Assembly (NCBI GenBank): GCA_965224085.1
Contig: CBDCYI010000004.1
Coordinates: 1,312,001-1,376,000 of the forward strand
Direction: 5' to 3'
Source: Candidatus Marinacidobacterales bacterium
Lineage (GTDB): Bacteria; Acidobacteriota; Vicinamibacteria; Marinacidobacterales; SMYC01
DNA length: 64,000 nucleotides
Notes under the pieces: generated by a model
The model's database searches: none
What the model saw: only the letters and a program-made list of their open reading frames with translations
What the model was told of the DNA's origin: nothing
Translations under genes and position numbers: made by a program
Part shown: positions 29,651 to 38,949 of the stretch, in pieces
How positions within the stretch are numbered: the first letter of the stretch is position 1
Layout: each line of letters starts with the position of its first letter

Positions 29651-30214
29651 CTATTCCAACACCTTTCGGATCATTTCCTCGAGCTCGATCCTGTAGAAAA
29701 ATCGCTCCGGATCCTCGTCAAGCCTTTGATGCAGCCAACCAACGGGTGGGCTCGGCTGAGCGTCCCATTCGGCATTCGCATCGTAAACGAGATAGACGTC
29801 CCACGCCATGTCCATCTTCGTTCCGAGAACGGGAGCGAGAGCGTCCCCGACGGCCTGCGAGCCATCGAAGTAATGCGTTGCGCGCTCGTCGGGGATCAGA
29901 TTCTTCGCCTCGATCGCCGCTTCGTAGCTGTCGTTGTGAGTCGCATCGATCCAGACCGCGAAGACCTCGAGCCGATCATCGTCTATCTCGCTCAACACCT
30001 TCTGCACCGCACGGGCGCCTCGCACGCACGAGCCTCACGTGGGGGAGAGAACGGTGATGAGTCGCGGGCGGCCTTTCGACGTGTTGAAATCGGAAACTAG
30101 AGGCGCGAGCGCGCGATCGATCTGCTTCACCGCGTCCTCGGCGTGGACGTGAGACGGTGACGGCGCCGAGAGCATGGCCGCGGCGAGACCGACACTAACA
30201 CGGATTCGATTCAC
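29651..30214 (-). CDS. Putative secreted thioredoxin-like selenoprotein (UxxC, in-frame TGA at 30035-30037)
   Basis: AAGGAGG RBS, GTG 30214, signal peptide (VHA-ED), DFNTSKGRPRLITVLSPT-TGA-GSC, then an open frame to TAG at 29651. Confidence 0.8.
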
Positions 30215-30387
30215 GAGTGCCTCCTTCTAAACTGCGGACCTTCCAGGGCCATATATAGCTGCCCCGCGCCTTCCAGCTTGTCGTCTTTCGCTGCTGGTGG
30301 TCCCGACCCTCATGCACTATAACGCTCCACATGGAAGTGTCACGTTGACATTCATATGATGAATGCACGCAACCTCTTTGCCTTGGG

Positions 30388-30844
30388 TCACGGCCCTCGT
30401 CCGAGCAGTCGAAGAAAAATCATGGCGTGCGTTACCAAGAGTAGCGGCACAACGAATGTCGGGATGTACCAAGTCGTCTGAAGATGCGGGACAGCTTCCG
30501 CATGGCGCAGTGCGTTTAGAAGGTCTACTGTGCCGACAGTGTTGAAAAGCCAAACCAACGGAAGCGTCCTCGAAGGGCTGCGAGACACAATAGTGCGAGC
30601 AGGCCGGTGACAAAGTCGCCATAGGCAGCCGGGGGGCAAAAGAGCTCGGCAGAGGTTGAGCCACCAATCCCGGGACCAAAAACGCCAGTCCTAAATGCCG
30701 GAACGCATGGGGGACGATCAGGGGGATCAATCCCTCGTCGATGGTTTTCTCGGCCAGCCACGGCGTCACGTACCATTTCGCCAGCAGAGCGTACACAATA
30801 AGGCTCAAGACAAGCTGCAGACCAAAAATTGTTAGCGTATCCAT
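30388..30844 (-). pseudogene. Membrane protein, frameshifted twice
   Basis: PHAFRHLGLAFLVPG, AAYGDFVTGLLA and LVWLFNTVGTVDLL..WYIPTFVVPLLLVTH lie in three successive frames. Confidence 0.7.
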
Positions 30845-30871
30845 GGGATCACCTTTAGCTCCACATCTCCG

Positions 30872-31573
30872 TTAGTGCGGCGTCACTGCGTCGGCCGACC
30901 AGCCTTCAGCTTCCATGCGATCTCGGCCGTCGTCGATACCGCGTTCGAGATGACCGGATGTCGGCAGAAGCAGAAGCTTCTTCTGCTCCGCCGCTTCGCG
31001 CCAGTCACTACTGTCGTGGGCGAGCACGGGCTCCCGCAACATCGGATGACCGCGGTCCCGCTCCCAGCGATCGAGATCCGGCGCGCGGGTCAGCATCATC
31101 TTGACCGTGAAGGCAAGAGCTCCGAGCTTCGTTCCTGCTCGCAGGCCAGGTGCGATCAGATCAGGCTGGGCGATGTATCGTCGAGCGATCGACTCGAAAG
31201 GCTCCGGCGGCCTGCCGCAGACCTCTTGAACGTGTTCGGTCGGCGCTCCGACCGCAAACGTACCACCACGAAGCTCCTCGAAGTAGAAACGAAGATGGGC
31301 GATCTCGAAGGCCGAGACTCCCTGCGCCGTCGCTGCCTTCTGAAACATCTTGAGGGACGCGTCCTGGTACTTGACCTTGCGACCGACCACTTCGGTGAGA
31401 ACGTTGGCCACGTCGGAAGGCGAGATGAGCTTGGGACCCGTTGGACGGTAACACATGCCAATATGAGCAGATGGTTCAGCGAGCACTCCTGCCGCCACAC
31501 TGCCAATGTCTTCGCTGGAGGGCGGAGCGTTGAGCCCATCACCCCAGGGCCCAACGAGCATCCCAAAGTGCAC
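30872..31573 (-). pseudogene. NmrA-like NAD(P)-binding protein, N-terminal Rossmann half missing
   Basis: EDIGSVAAGVL, YRPTGPKLIS, VGRKVKY C-terminal half only; no Gly-rich NAD(P)-binding loop. Confidence 0.7.
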
Positions 31574-31799
31574 GATCAGCGAGAATGTAACTCGGTCCGC
31601 TACTCATGAGCTTCTTGGTGATCCACGTCACATGATGCACATCACAGCGAGCGTTGAAGGTCGGGGCCCAGATGGATACCTTCTGAGGTGCAGGTTACGA
31701 GCCACATGAATCATTTTCCCGCCGTCGGCCTCGTCGCGCTGTCGGCAAGTTCCGTAGAACTGAAAAAGACGCCCCCACCCGAGCGAGCATCACGACACG

Positions 31800-31933
31800 C
31801 TAATGTTCGGTGCGCAGCGCTTCGACCGGATCGATCTTCGTCGCGCTGAGCGTCGGCACAAACGCGGCGGCGAGCGCCGTCGCTGCGAGCAGAACGGCCA
31901 CGGTGAGATAGGTCGCGGGGTCGGTCGCGGTCA
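31800..31933 (-). pseudogene. 3' remnant of an ADOP/FtsX-like ABC permease
   Basis: TATDPATYLTVAVLLAATALAAAFVPTLSATKIDPVEALRTEH*. Confidence 0.75.
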
Positions 31934-31934
31934 T

Positions 31935-32202
31935 CGGCCGCGACTATGCCTGGCCTGGAAACGTGCGCGAGCTCGAGCAATGTGTGCGCAACATCGTTAT
32001 TCGCAACGCGTATCGACCGGCCGCAATCGGAGGTGAGACAGAAAGCGTGGTCGACCTGGATCAAGCGGAACTCTCTGCAGAGGAGCTCTTGTCGCAATAT
32101 TGCGCCGTCGTCTACGCACGCACCGGAAGCTATGTCGAAACGGCGCGAAAGCTCGGTCTAGACCGCCGCACGGTGAAGAGCAAAGTAAGAAGCATTTCGT
32201 AA
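31935..32202 (+). pseudogene. 3' remnant of a sigma-54-dependent transcriptional activator
   Basis: YAWPGNVRELEQ plus Fis-type HTH (TARKLGLDRRTV); AAA+ core absent. Confidence 0.78.
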
Positions 32203-32239
32203 GCGGCGGCCGGTCTAGGACCGACTGAGGGCCGAGAGC

Positions 32240-32953
32240 TCAGAATTTCTTTTTCCCTGCCTCCGCAAGCTCTTGCTCGAGCTCTTCGAGCCTCTCTTCA
32301 ACTTCTTCCATACGCTCTTGAATCGCTCCGAAATCGAGGGCACGAAACCGCTTCAAACGTTCCTGCCATTCCTCGCTTTCGAAACGATCCTCGAGGCCTT
32401 TCATCGCTTCTCGAAACGCTTCGAAAGACTCGCCATCGAGGTGAAGACCGGGCGTGGAAACGAAGACTTCGTGATCGGCGTCCTTATCCATGTCCCCGAA
32501 AAAGCGATAGCCTCCCGCGAGGTCGAGCACTGGCCGCTCGCGCTTCGCGATAGTGACGGGATAGCTCTCGAGACCACCATTGCGATAGAGCTCGATGGTG
32601 ACCGCATCGCCTTCGTCCTTCTTCCGGATGTGTCGCGAAAGCTGCCGTGCGCTCGCGACCGCCTCACCGTCAACGGCAGAGAGGATATCGCCGACCTGGA
32701 TGCCGGCAGCTTCGGCGGGGCCGCCTTCCTCGACACGCGACACGAGAACGCCCACGTCGTCGGGGGCGCCGAAATGGGCACGCAGCTCGGGCGTCATCGG
32801 GGTGACTTGAACACCGATGAAGCCTCGCCCCGCGTCGTGCCAACTAAACGTGAAATTCGCTCCGTCGTGCTCTTGCTCCGGTTCTTGCGCGACACCCACA
32901 CCGGTATTGAGAACACACGTCAAAAGAATTGCCCCATATCGGATTCGTTGCAT
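32240..32953 (-). CDS. Secreted PDZ-domain protein with a C-terminal coiled coil
   Basis: Signal peptide; FIGVQV..LRAHFG..GVLVSRVEEGGPAEAAGIQVGDIL; AAGGAG RBS; no protease domain. Confidence 0.85.
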   Translation of the reverse strand: MQRIRYGAILLTCVLNTGVGVAQEPEQEHDGANFTFSWHDAGRGFIGVQVTPMTPELRAHFGAPDDVGVLVSRVEEGGPAEAAGIQVGDILSAVDGEAVASARQLSRHIRKKDEGDAVTIELYRNGGLESYPVTIAKRERPVLDLAGGYRFFGDMDKDADHEVFVSTPGLHLDGESFEAFREAMKGLEDRFESEEWQERLKRFRALDFGAIQERMEEVEERLEELEQELAEAGKKKF

Positions 32954-32966
32954 TAGTTTGTCTCCT

Positions 32967-33401
32967 TCAACGCGGCGAGTGCGAGACCGGCTCCGCCCGG
33001 CGCTCGCTTCGCTCATCTGCAAGTACTCTCAAGTCGAAAATGAAATCCATCCGCTCCGTGCCGCCGAGCTCGAGAACAGGTTCGACATCCGAAGTCAAAC
33101 GGCGCAATCGGTCCAGCTCGCTGCGGAGCTCGCGATACTCGTTTTGCATCTGTTCGAGGTTCTCCGCCGCGCGCACTTGCTCGCGACGCTCGCTGCGCAC
33201 CATCTGCCCGACCCAAATGCCCACCGCGACCGCGGCCGCCACCGCCCAGGTCGTCCGCGCCCCCCACGCCGTCCGGCGCGGCGGCGCGGCGGCGAGCTTC
33301 GCAAGAACCTTATCCGTGAAATCCGAGGATGCGTCCTGTCGCGACATATCCTTGAGAAGGCGACCCAGTTCCTCGTCATGTAGCGGGTGCAGCTCGGTCA
33401 T
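32967..33401 (-). CDS. Putative membrane-anchored anti-sigma factor
   Basis: ATGA-coupled to the ECF sigma; DFTDKVLA, single TM, coiled coil. Confidence 0.7.
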   Translation of the reverse strand: MTELHPLHDEELGRLLKDMSRQDASSDFTDKVLAKLAAAPPRRTAWGARTTWAVAAAVAVGIWVGQMVRSERREQVRAAENLEQMQNEYRELRSELDRLRRLTSDVEPVLELGGTERMDFIFDLRVLADERSERRAEPVSHSPR

Positions 33402-34015
33402 CCTCGACCTCCGTTCCAATAAGGCTCCAAAAGACGGCGGAGCTCCTCGCGACCTCGATGTATCCGGGATTTGACCGTCCCTTCGCGACAGTTCAAAGCG
33501 CTCGCGATATCCCGGTAGGACCAACCCTCCATCTCTCGCAATACCAGCGGCGAGCGGTACCGCAGCGTCACCCCGGCGAGAGCTTCGGACACGCGCAGGC
33601 CCACTTCTTTGCGGAGAAGCTCCTCCTGCGGGCTCGTCCCGTTTTCGCTGCGATGGTGGCCATTGCCGGAAAACATGTGTAAAAGGACCTCCCGGCGGCG
33701 TTTTTTGCGATCTTCAGACCGCAGCAAGTTCGTCGCGATGCGGAAAAGAAAGGGGACGAGCTGCCCGCGCTCTTCGTAGCGATCCGCCGACTCGAACAAG
33801 CGGATGAAAGTGTCCTGCGCAAGCTCTTCCGCCCGATCACGATCTCGCGTGAGAGTCGATAAGTAGTTGACTAGCCTATGCTTATGCCGATCCACAAGAA
33901 CGGCGAACGCCCCCCGATCGCCGATCTGCACCCGGCTCATCAACTCCGCGTCACCATCCGCCATTATTAGAGGATCAACGCGCGAGACCGCAGAAAGTTC
34001 CGGAGGCCCTTGCAT
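33398..34015 (-). CDS. ECF RNA polymerase sigma factor (start uncertain, 33964-34063)
   Basis: AEELAQDTF, FLFRIATN, LREMEGWSYRDIA..GTVKSRIHRGR. Confidence 0.92.
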   Translation of the reverse strand: MQGPPELSAVSRVDPLIMADGDAELMSRVQIGDRGAFAVLVDRHKHRLVNYLSTLTRDRDRAEELAQDTFIRLFESADRYEERGQLVPFLFRIATNLLRSEDRKKRRREVLLHMFSGNGHHRSENGTSPQEELLRKEVGLRVSEALAGVTLRYRSPLVLREMEGWSYRDIASALNCREGTVKSRIHRGREELRRLLEPYWNGGRG

Positions 34016-34155
34016 TTTCACGAATCGGTTTTCATGGTATAATTTCGTGCCCTCCAGCCCCATAATTAATAGCGGTTTGCAGGAATCGAGCGAAGCACGG
34101 CGTTACGCGAGGCACGATGCTTGTAGAGCGAGCATTCGTGCAAACCGTAATTGAA

Positions 34156-34742
34156 CTGAGCGGGTGCGCTCCATCGCCTAAAGGCGATGGGTTCGCGGGC
34201 GACTAAAGTCGCCTAAAGGCGCACGGCGGAGGATTACTCGCTTACCCTGAACGACTCGTCGTCTTCCGGCAGCTCTCCTTGCAGCTCGATGTACTTGGCC
34301 ACAACCTCATCGGTCACGTTTCCGCTCGTCGCTACAAAATAGCCGCGCGCCCACAGGTGCCGACCCCAAAACTTCTTGCGGATCGCTCGAAAATCACGCA
34401 TCAGCTTGTGCGATGTCTTCCCCTTGATCGCCTGCATTACTCGGCTCGGCGACAGCCGTGGCGGCACGCTCAGCAACAGATGAACGTGCTCTGGCCGTAC
34501 ATGGCCCTTCAGTATTTCTATGTGGTGCGTCGCACAGATCTCTCTTATCAACTCCCGCAGGCGAAGTGCTACATCTCCTCTCAATACCGGCTTGCGGTAC
34601 TTCGGGATGAATACGAAATGGTAGTTTAATTGATACGTCGTGTGCGATGATTTCCGATATCCTTTCATCCGGGGATCGTACCGCAAGCCTCCTAAAGGCT
34701 TCGCCTGAAGGCGAGGGGTTTCAACCATCCCCGAGTGAGACA
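34156..34742 (-). mobile_element. IS200-type element (tnpA only), inserted 3' of TTAG with no TSD
   Basis: Subterminal hairpins (ccatcgcctaaaggcgatgg; ggcgactaaagtcgcc; tcgcctgaaggcga). Removal restores TTGAACTAAGCCGC. Confidence 0.85.
34234..34668 (-). CDS. tnpA: IS200/IS605-family Y1 transposase
   Basis: YHFVFIPKYRK, HVH (HUH), KGKTS, LWARGYFV, catalytic YI..Q. Confidence 0.95.
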   Translation of the reverse strand: MKGYRKSSHTTYQLNYHFVFIPKYRKPVLRGDVALRLRELIREICATHHIEILKGHVRPEHVHLLLSVPPRLSPSRVMQAIKGKTSHKLMRDFRAIRKKFWGRHLWARGYFVATSGNVTDEVVAKYIELQGELPEDDESFRVSE

Positions 34743-34978
34743 CTAAGCCGCCCAGCTAGCGGCAACTATGCATAAATTGGAGTGAGAAGACGGTCGGACA
34801 GGAAGTCGGAGTTGGACGTCAGGGAGTTGCGAATCGACAGAGATATGGCGGGGAAGATAGAAGAAGGGCCTACCCGGTGCGGTAACCACCACGGTAGCGT
34901 TATGAGTTCGCGACGAGACACACGAGTCCGTTTCAACGACCGGTCGGCGTTGTGAGAGGCGGAGCGAAAGCATCGTGA

Positions 34979-36226
34979 TCATGACTCATCTGGAGGGGAG
35001 CGGATCTGGAGGTTGATCCGTCGAAGCTTCGTGGAGAGAGGGCATCGGAGCATGCGACCTTTCTTGCAGCGGGGACAGATGGTGAGGTCGATGCCGGTGA
35101 GCTCCTTGAGCCGCTCGCGCCAGTCCTTGTCCTCGGTGGCACGCGAGCTGACTTGCACGTCGTCGGCGTCGGTCGTGGGTTTTGTTTTCTCATCGAGCAA
35201 CTGGCGCGCGACTACGAGCTTGGTGGTCGCATTGGAGGAGGCCATTAAGCCGAAATGGCGAATCTTGACGAAACCTTTCGGCAGTACGTGCAGGAGGAAA
35301 CGGCGGATAAATTCCTCTGGGGGGACGGTAACGGTATTACCATTCTTGGTGGCGAAGCAGACGCCGTAGTGGTCGATGCGAATGAGTCGGCGGTTGGAGA
35401 TGCCGACCCGGTGGGTATATCGGCCGAGGTAGTTGAAAACCTGCTCTGGGCCACCGAAGGGTCGTTTGCTGTAAACGACCCAATCGATGCGGTAGAGCTT
35501 GTCTTTCAGCTCCCGGAAGCGAGGTGGGTTTCTGAGGTGGGAAGCGTTTGCGCTCAACTCAAGCTCATCTTGGTCGTAAGCGAGCCTAAGGGCATCGAGA
35601 AACTTGCTGCGAAAAAGCCGCGACATGGCCTTGACGGGAAACAGAAAGCGAGGGTTTGCGGCGTTCCACAGCTGCTGAGGGTGGTTGAGCCCGCCCCCGG
35701 AGACGATGCAATGCAGGTGTGGATGGAACAGGAGCTTCCGGGTCCAGGTGTGCAGTACGGCGGTGAAGGCAAGTTGAGCTTCGAGCCGGCTTTGGCCGAA
35801 CTCCAATAGAGTTCGCGAGGCGGCGCGAAACAGGAGGTTGAACATGAACTTGGGATTGTCTCGGGCGAGAGGCTTGAGTTGCTGCGGGAGGGTGAAAACG
35901 ACGTGGAAATAGTGAGTCGGAAGAATCCTCTGAGCTCGCTGCTCCATCCACTTCGCCTGGGCTAGGCTCTGACACTTGGGACAGTGCCGATTGCGGCACG
36001 AGTTAAACGAAGGCGCCGCGTATCCGCAAGCGTTACACACGTCGAGATGGCCACCTAGCACCGCCGTGCGACAGTTCTCTATAGCCCACATCACCTTGCG
36101 CTGCTCGGCTGTCAGCGCATGGGTTTGGCGAAAGCGTGGACCATGTTCGCGGAAGATTTCCGCGATCTCGAGCAGTGGCCGTGGTGGTGACTCGACGCGG
36201 GAAGGACACAGCCCATGGGGCTGCAT
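34979..36226 (-). CDS. IS91-family (Y2) transposase with a Zn-binding domain
   Basis: CRT..LGG, SCRNRHCPKC, HVVFTLP, LHTW..HPHLH, YLGRY, IRHFG, CPRC. Confidence 0.94.
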   Translation of the reverse strand: MQPHGLCPSRVESPPRPLLEIAEIFREHGPRFRQTHALTAEQRKVMWAIENCRTAVLGGHLDVCNACGYAAPSFNSCRNRHCPKCQSLAQAKWMEQRAQRILPTHYFHVVFTLPQQLKPLARDNPKFMFNLLFRAASRTLLEFGQSRLEAQLAFTAVLHTWTRKLLFHPHLHCIVSGGGLNHPQQLWNAANPRFLFPVKAMSRLFRSKFLDALRLAYDQDELELSANASHLRNPPRFRELKDKLYRIDWVVYSKRPFGGPEQVFNYLGRYTHRVGISNRRLIRIDHYGVCFATKNGNTVTVPPEEFIRRFLLHVLPKGFVKIRHFGLMASSNATTKLVVARQLLDEKTKPTTDADDVQVSSRATEDKDWRERLKELTGIDLTICPRCKKGRMLRCPLSTKLRRINLQIRSPPDES

Positions 36227-36232
36227 GATGAG

Positions 36233-36488
36233 CTAGCCGAGCTTTTTGCCCTTCTTCGTTCCCAGCAAATCGAGAGGGCTCTTGATGCGCCCCAAGTGCT
36301 TTGCTGTTACCTTTGTGTAACGGGCCGTGGTCTGGATGGAGGCATGACCGAGCAGTTGCTGCACGGTACGAATGTCTTCACCCAGTTCGAGCATATGTGT
36401 GGCAAAACCGTGGCGCAGCGAATGAGGAGTGATACGTTTGGTGAGCCCCGCCTCAGCCACGGCCTTACGAAGAGCCCAGCGAACGCCA
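36233..36488 (-). pseudogene. 3' fragment of a tyrosine recombinase (matches the tail of 42557-43417)
   Basis: [19 protein letters not shown]. Confidence 0.88.
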
Positions 36489-36537
36489 GGAGGGCGAGCC
36501 CATTACCGACCTAGAGTTCGGGTCGCCGCGGCCATCC

Positions 36538-38241
36538 TTGCTCTCGGTCTTCGGATGGGTAGCGGCACGCTCCGACTCGATCTCGGACATGGCCTGGGCG
36601 CCGGACAGCTCCGCGATTTACTTCGTCGCTCCCGATCCGCCGAGCGACGAAGAAAAGCGGTTCGCCGATTTGGGAGATGACGTGTTTGCGTTCAACGAGA
36701 ACTACAAGCATTGGCGCCTGTGGAGGGCGGCTATTCCCAGCGGGACAGTCGAACGGGTCACCGAGGGGGATTACTCGATACTCGGCTACCAGCTATCCCG
36801 GGACGGGAAGAAGATCGTCCATCACCGGGCGCCGACGCCACTCTACCAGGACCCGCATCGGAGCGAAGTGTGGGTGATGGACGCGGATGGAGGAAACGCG
36901 CTCCAGCTCACTGACAACGAGGTGCCCGAGGGCTCTGGCTGCTGCGGCGCCGGAGGAGCGCAGCTCTCTCCGGACAACGAACAAGTTCTGTTCCTAGCGA
37001 AGGCCAACCAGGGATTCGAGTACTACTACAAGAGCAGTTTATTCCTCGTCCCCGCCTCGGGCGGCGAGGCGCGGCTTTTGCTCCCTGACCTGCCCTATGA
37101 GCTTGGGGCGGCGCACTGGTCGGAAAATGGAGACGCCATCTTTCTCCTGGCGAACATGGGCGTGCGCAGTGAGCTTTTCGAGCTCGATTTGGCCACCGAA
37201 GAGCTACGGCAGCTCACCGACGGGAAGCATTCGATCAGGTCGTGGGGCCTCGAGCTCTCTTCCGACCGACACGTGCTGACCATTGCCCAGCCGGACAACC
37301 CCGGCGACGTGTGGCTGCTACCGGTGGGCGAGAGCGGGGCATCTCCGACTCGATTGACGCACATCTTCGACTACCTCGCACGCGATTTCGAGCTGCCTCG
37401 GCAGGAGAAGATCGCGTGGAAGGGCGTGGACGGCGTAACGGTCGAGGGCTTGCTGGACTATCCATTGAATTTTGACGAGGGAAAGACTTATCCCCTCGTG
37501 CTGCAGTCCCACGGCGGCATGGCTAGCTCGGATAAATACGGCTTCGGGCGTTGGAGCAGTTACATTCAGGTGCTTACCGCCCGAGGTTATGCCGTGTTGA
37601 GAACCAACTATCGCGGCAGCGGCGGATACGGAGACGAGTTTCAACGGGACATGCTCGGGCACTACTTCAACAAGTCGCACCTGGACGTGATGGCGGGCGC
37701 GGACCACTTGATCGAGCTGGGCATCGCCGACCCCGACCGTATGATCAAGAGGGGATGGAGCGCGGGCGGCTACATGACCAACAAGATCATCACCTTCACC
37801 GACCGTTTCAAGGCGGCCTCTTCGGGCGCGGGGATGGTGAACTGGGCCTCTTTCTATTCGCAAAGCGATATCCGCCATTTTCGAGATGATTGGCTGGGGG
37901 GGTCGCCGTGGCAGAAGGATGCTCCCATCGACAACATCTGGGAGCAGTCGCCGCTCAGTCACGTCTCCAACGTCAAGACGCCAACCATCATCTTCGTAGG
38001 AGAGAATGACGTTCGGGTGCCCCCGGAGCAGTCGATCGAGCTCTATCGTGCTCTCGAATTCAACGGGGTTCCCACCCGGCTCTACATCGCGCCTCGTGAG
38101 CCACACGGCTGGCGCGAGCTTCGCCACCGCCTGTTCAAGATGAACGTGGAGCTAGAGTGGTTCGAGAAATACGCGATGGGACGGGAATACGAGTGGGAGA
38201 AGGTGCCGGAGGCGGTTGACAGCAGGACGTCCTCGCCGTAG
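36538..38241 (+). CDS. S9 prolyl oligopeptidase/acylaminoacyl peptidase, probably 5' truncated
   Basis: Propeller repeats; HGG, NYRGS, GWSAGG (Ser), ENDVRV (Asp), EPHG (His). No signal peptide; abuts the IS91 junction. Confidence 0.85.
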   Translation: MLSVFGWVAARSDSISDMAWAPDSSAIYFVAPDPPSDEEKRFADLGDDVFAFNENYKHWRLWRAAIPSGTVERVTEGDYSILGYQLSRDGKKIVHHRAPTPLYQDPHRSEVWVMDADGGNALQLTDNEVPEGSGCCGAGGAQLSPDNEQVLFLAKANQGFEYYYKSSLFLVPASGGEARLLLPDLPYELGAAHWSENGDAIFLLANMGVRSELFELDLATEELRQLTDGKHSIRSWGLELSSDRHVLTIAQPDNPGDVWLLPVGESGASPTRLTHIFDYLARDFELPRQEKIAWKGVDGVTVEGLLDYPLNFDEGKTYPLVLQSHGGMASSDKYGFGRWSSYIQVLTARGYAVLRTNYRGSGGYGDEFQRDMLGHYFNKSHLDVMAGADHLIELGIADPDRMIKRGWSAGGYMTNKIITFTDRFKAASSGAGMVNWASFYSQSDIRHFRDDWLGGSPWQKDAPIDNIWEQSPLSHVSNVKTPTIIFVGENDVRVPPEQSIELYRALEFNGVPTRLYIAPREPHGWRELRHRLFKMNVELEWFEKYAMGREYEWEKVPEAVDSRTSSP

Positions 38242-38489
38242 ATCGGAGGAAATATCAGGACGGATCGGTCGGGTCATCCAAAACGAACGCACTTGGGGTC
38301 CAAAGCGGGTGACCATCCCGTGGTCGTGTGTCGCTGCAGCGGATAGACCGTTAAATATGAGACATTGTGCTTCTGCGCTCAGCTTTCGAAGTTGAAGTGA
38401 GCGACTCGCTTTTCAATACCCAGAGCTCCCGGACGTCGTTTCCCGGAGACCCTCATTTCCTTGCCGCTTGCTAACAAGCTCGCTGTCTT

Positions 38490-38640
38490 TCCAGGACCAT
38501 GAAGTCGGCGTCCTCCCCACATCGACGCTACCGATCCGATCCCCCATACCGATCACCTCGGCCGCGTTCAAAGTAACCATTTTCAGCGCTTCCTGCTCTG
38601 GCCCGCCGTTGCGGAAGGCCCAGGCCGCGTTGAGGGCGGG
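38490..38640 (-). pseudogene. C-terminal remnant of an amidohydrolase
   Basis: EALKMVTLNAAEVIGMGDRIGSVDVG, frameshift, then DADFMVL. Confidence 0.65.
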
Positions 38641-38949
38641 CTCGCCACCGAGGACTCCGGTGGGCGCATCACCCGGCGGCTGCCGTCGGTGCCGCGATCG
38701 TTTTGGCCTCGGCCAGGATGTCACCCATCTCATAGACGTCCCCGTGGCGATAAGTAGTCTTCACGGTCTTCCACTTTCAACGAAACGAGCCGGTATATTT
38801 TGACCACCCGCGAGGCATCTTCGGGCCGAGCGACTCCCGTTATTGCGGCAAGGCGTCGGCGCGGTTATGATGCGTCTGTCCCTCGTCGCGAACCAAGACC
38901 GCGAAGCCTCGAAAGCTTTTCTCGAGAGCTCTGCCGCTGGGAGAACCCT

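Larger units (their letters stand above)
34743..36488 (-). mobile_element. Integrase+IS91 element, copy A (3' part: integrase tail, full transposase, 3' terminus)
   Basis: 36058-36488 is the reverse complement of 43162-43592; terminus GCGGCTTAG|TTCAA is split by the IS200 element. Confidence 0.85.

Noticed and set aside
34156-34742. TnpB/IscB RNA-guided nuclease or omega RNA associated with IS200
   Set aside because: The element is only 587 bp and contains tnpA alone. The hairpins are ordinary subterminal structures.
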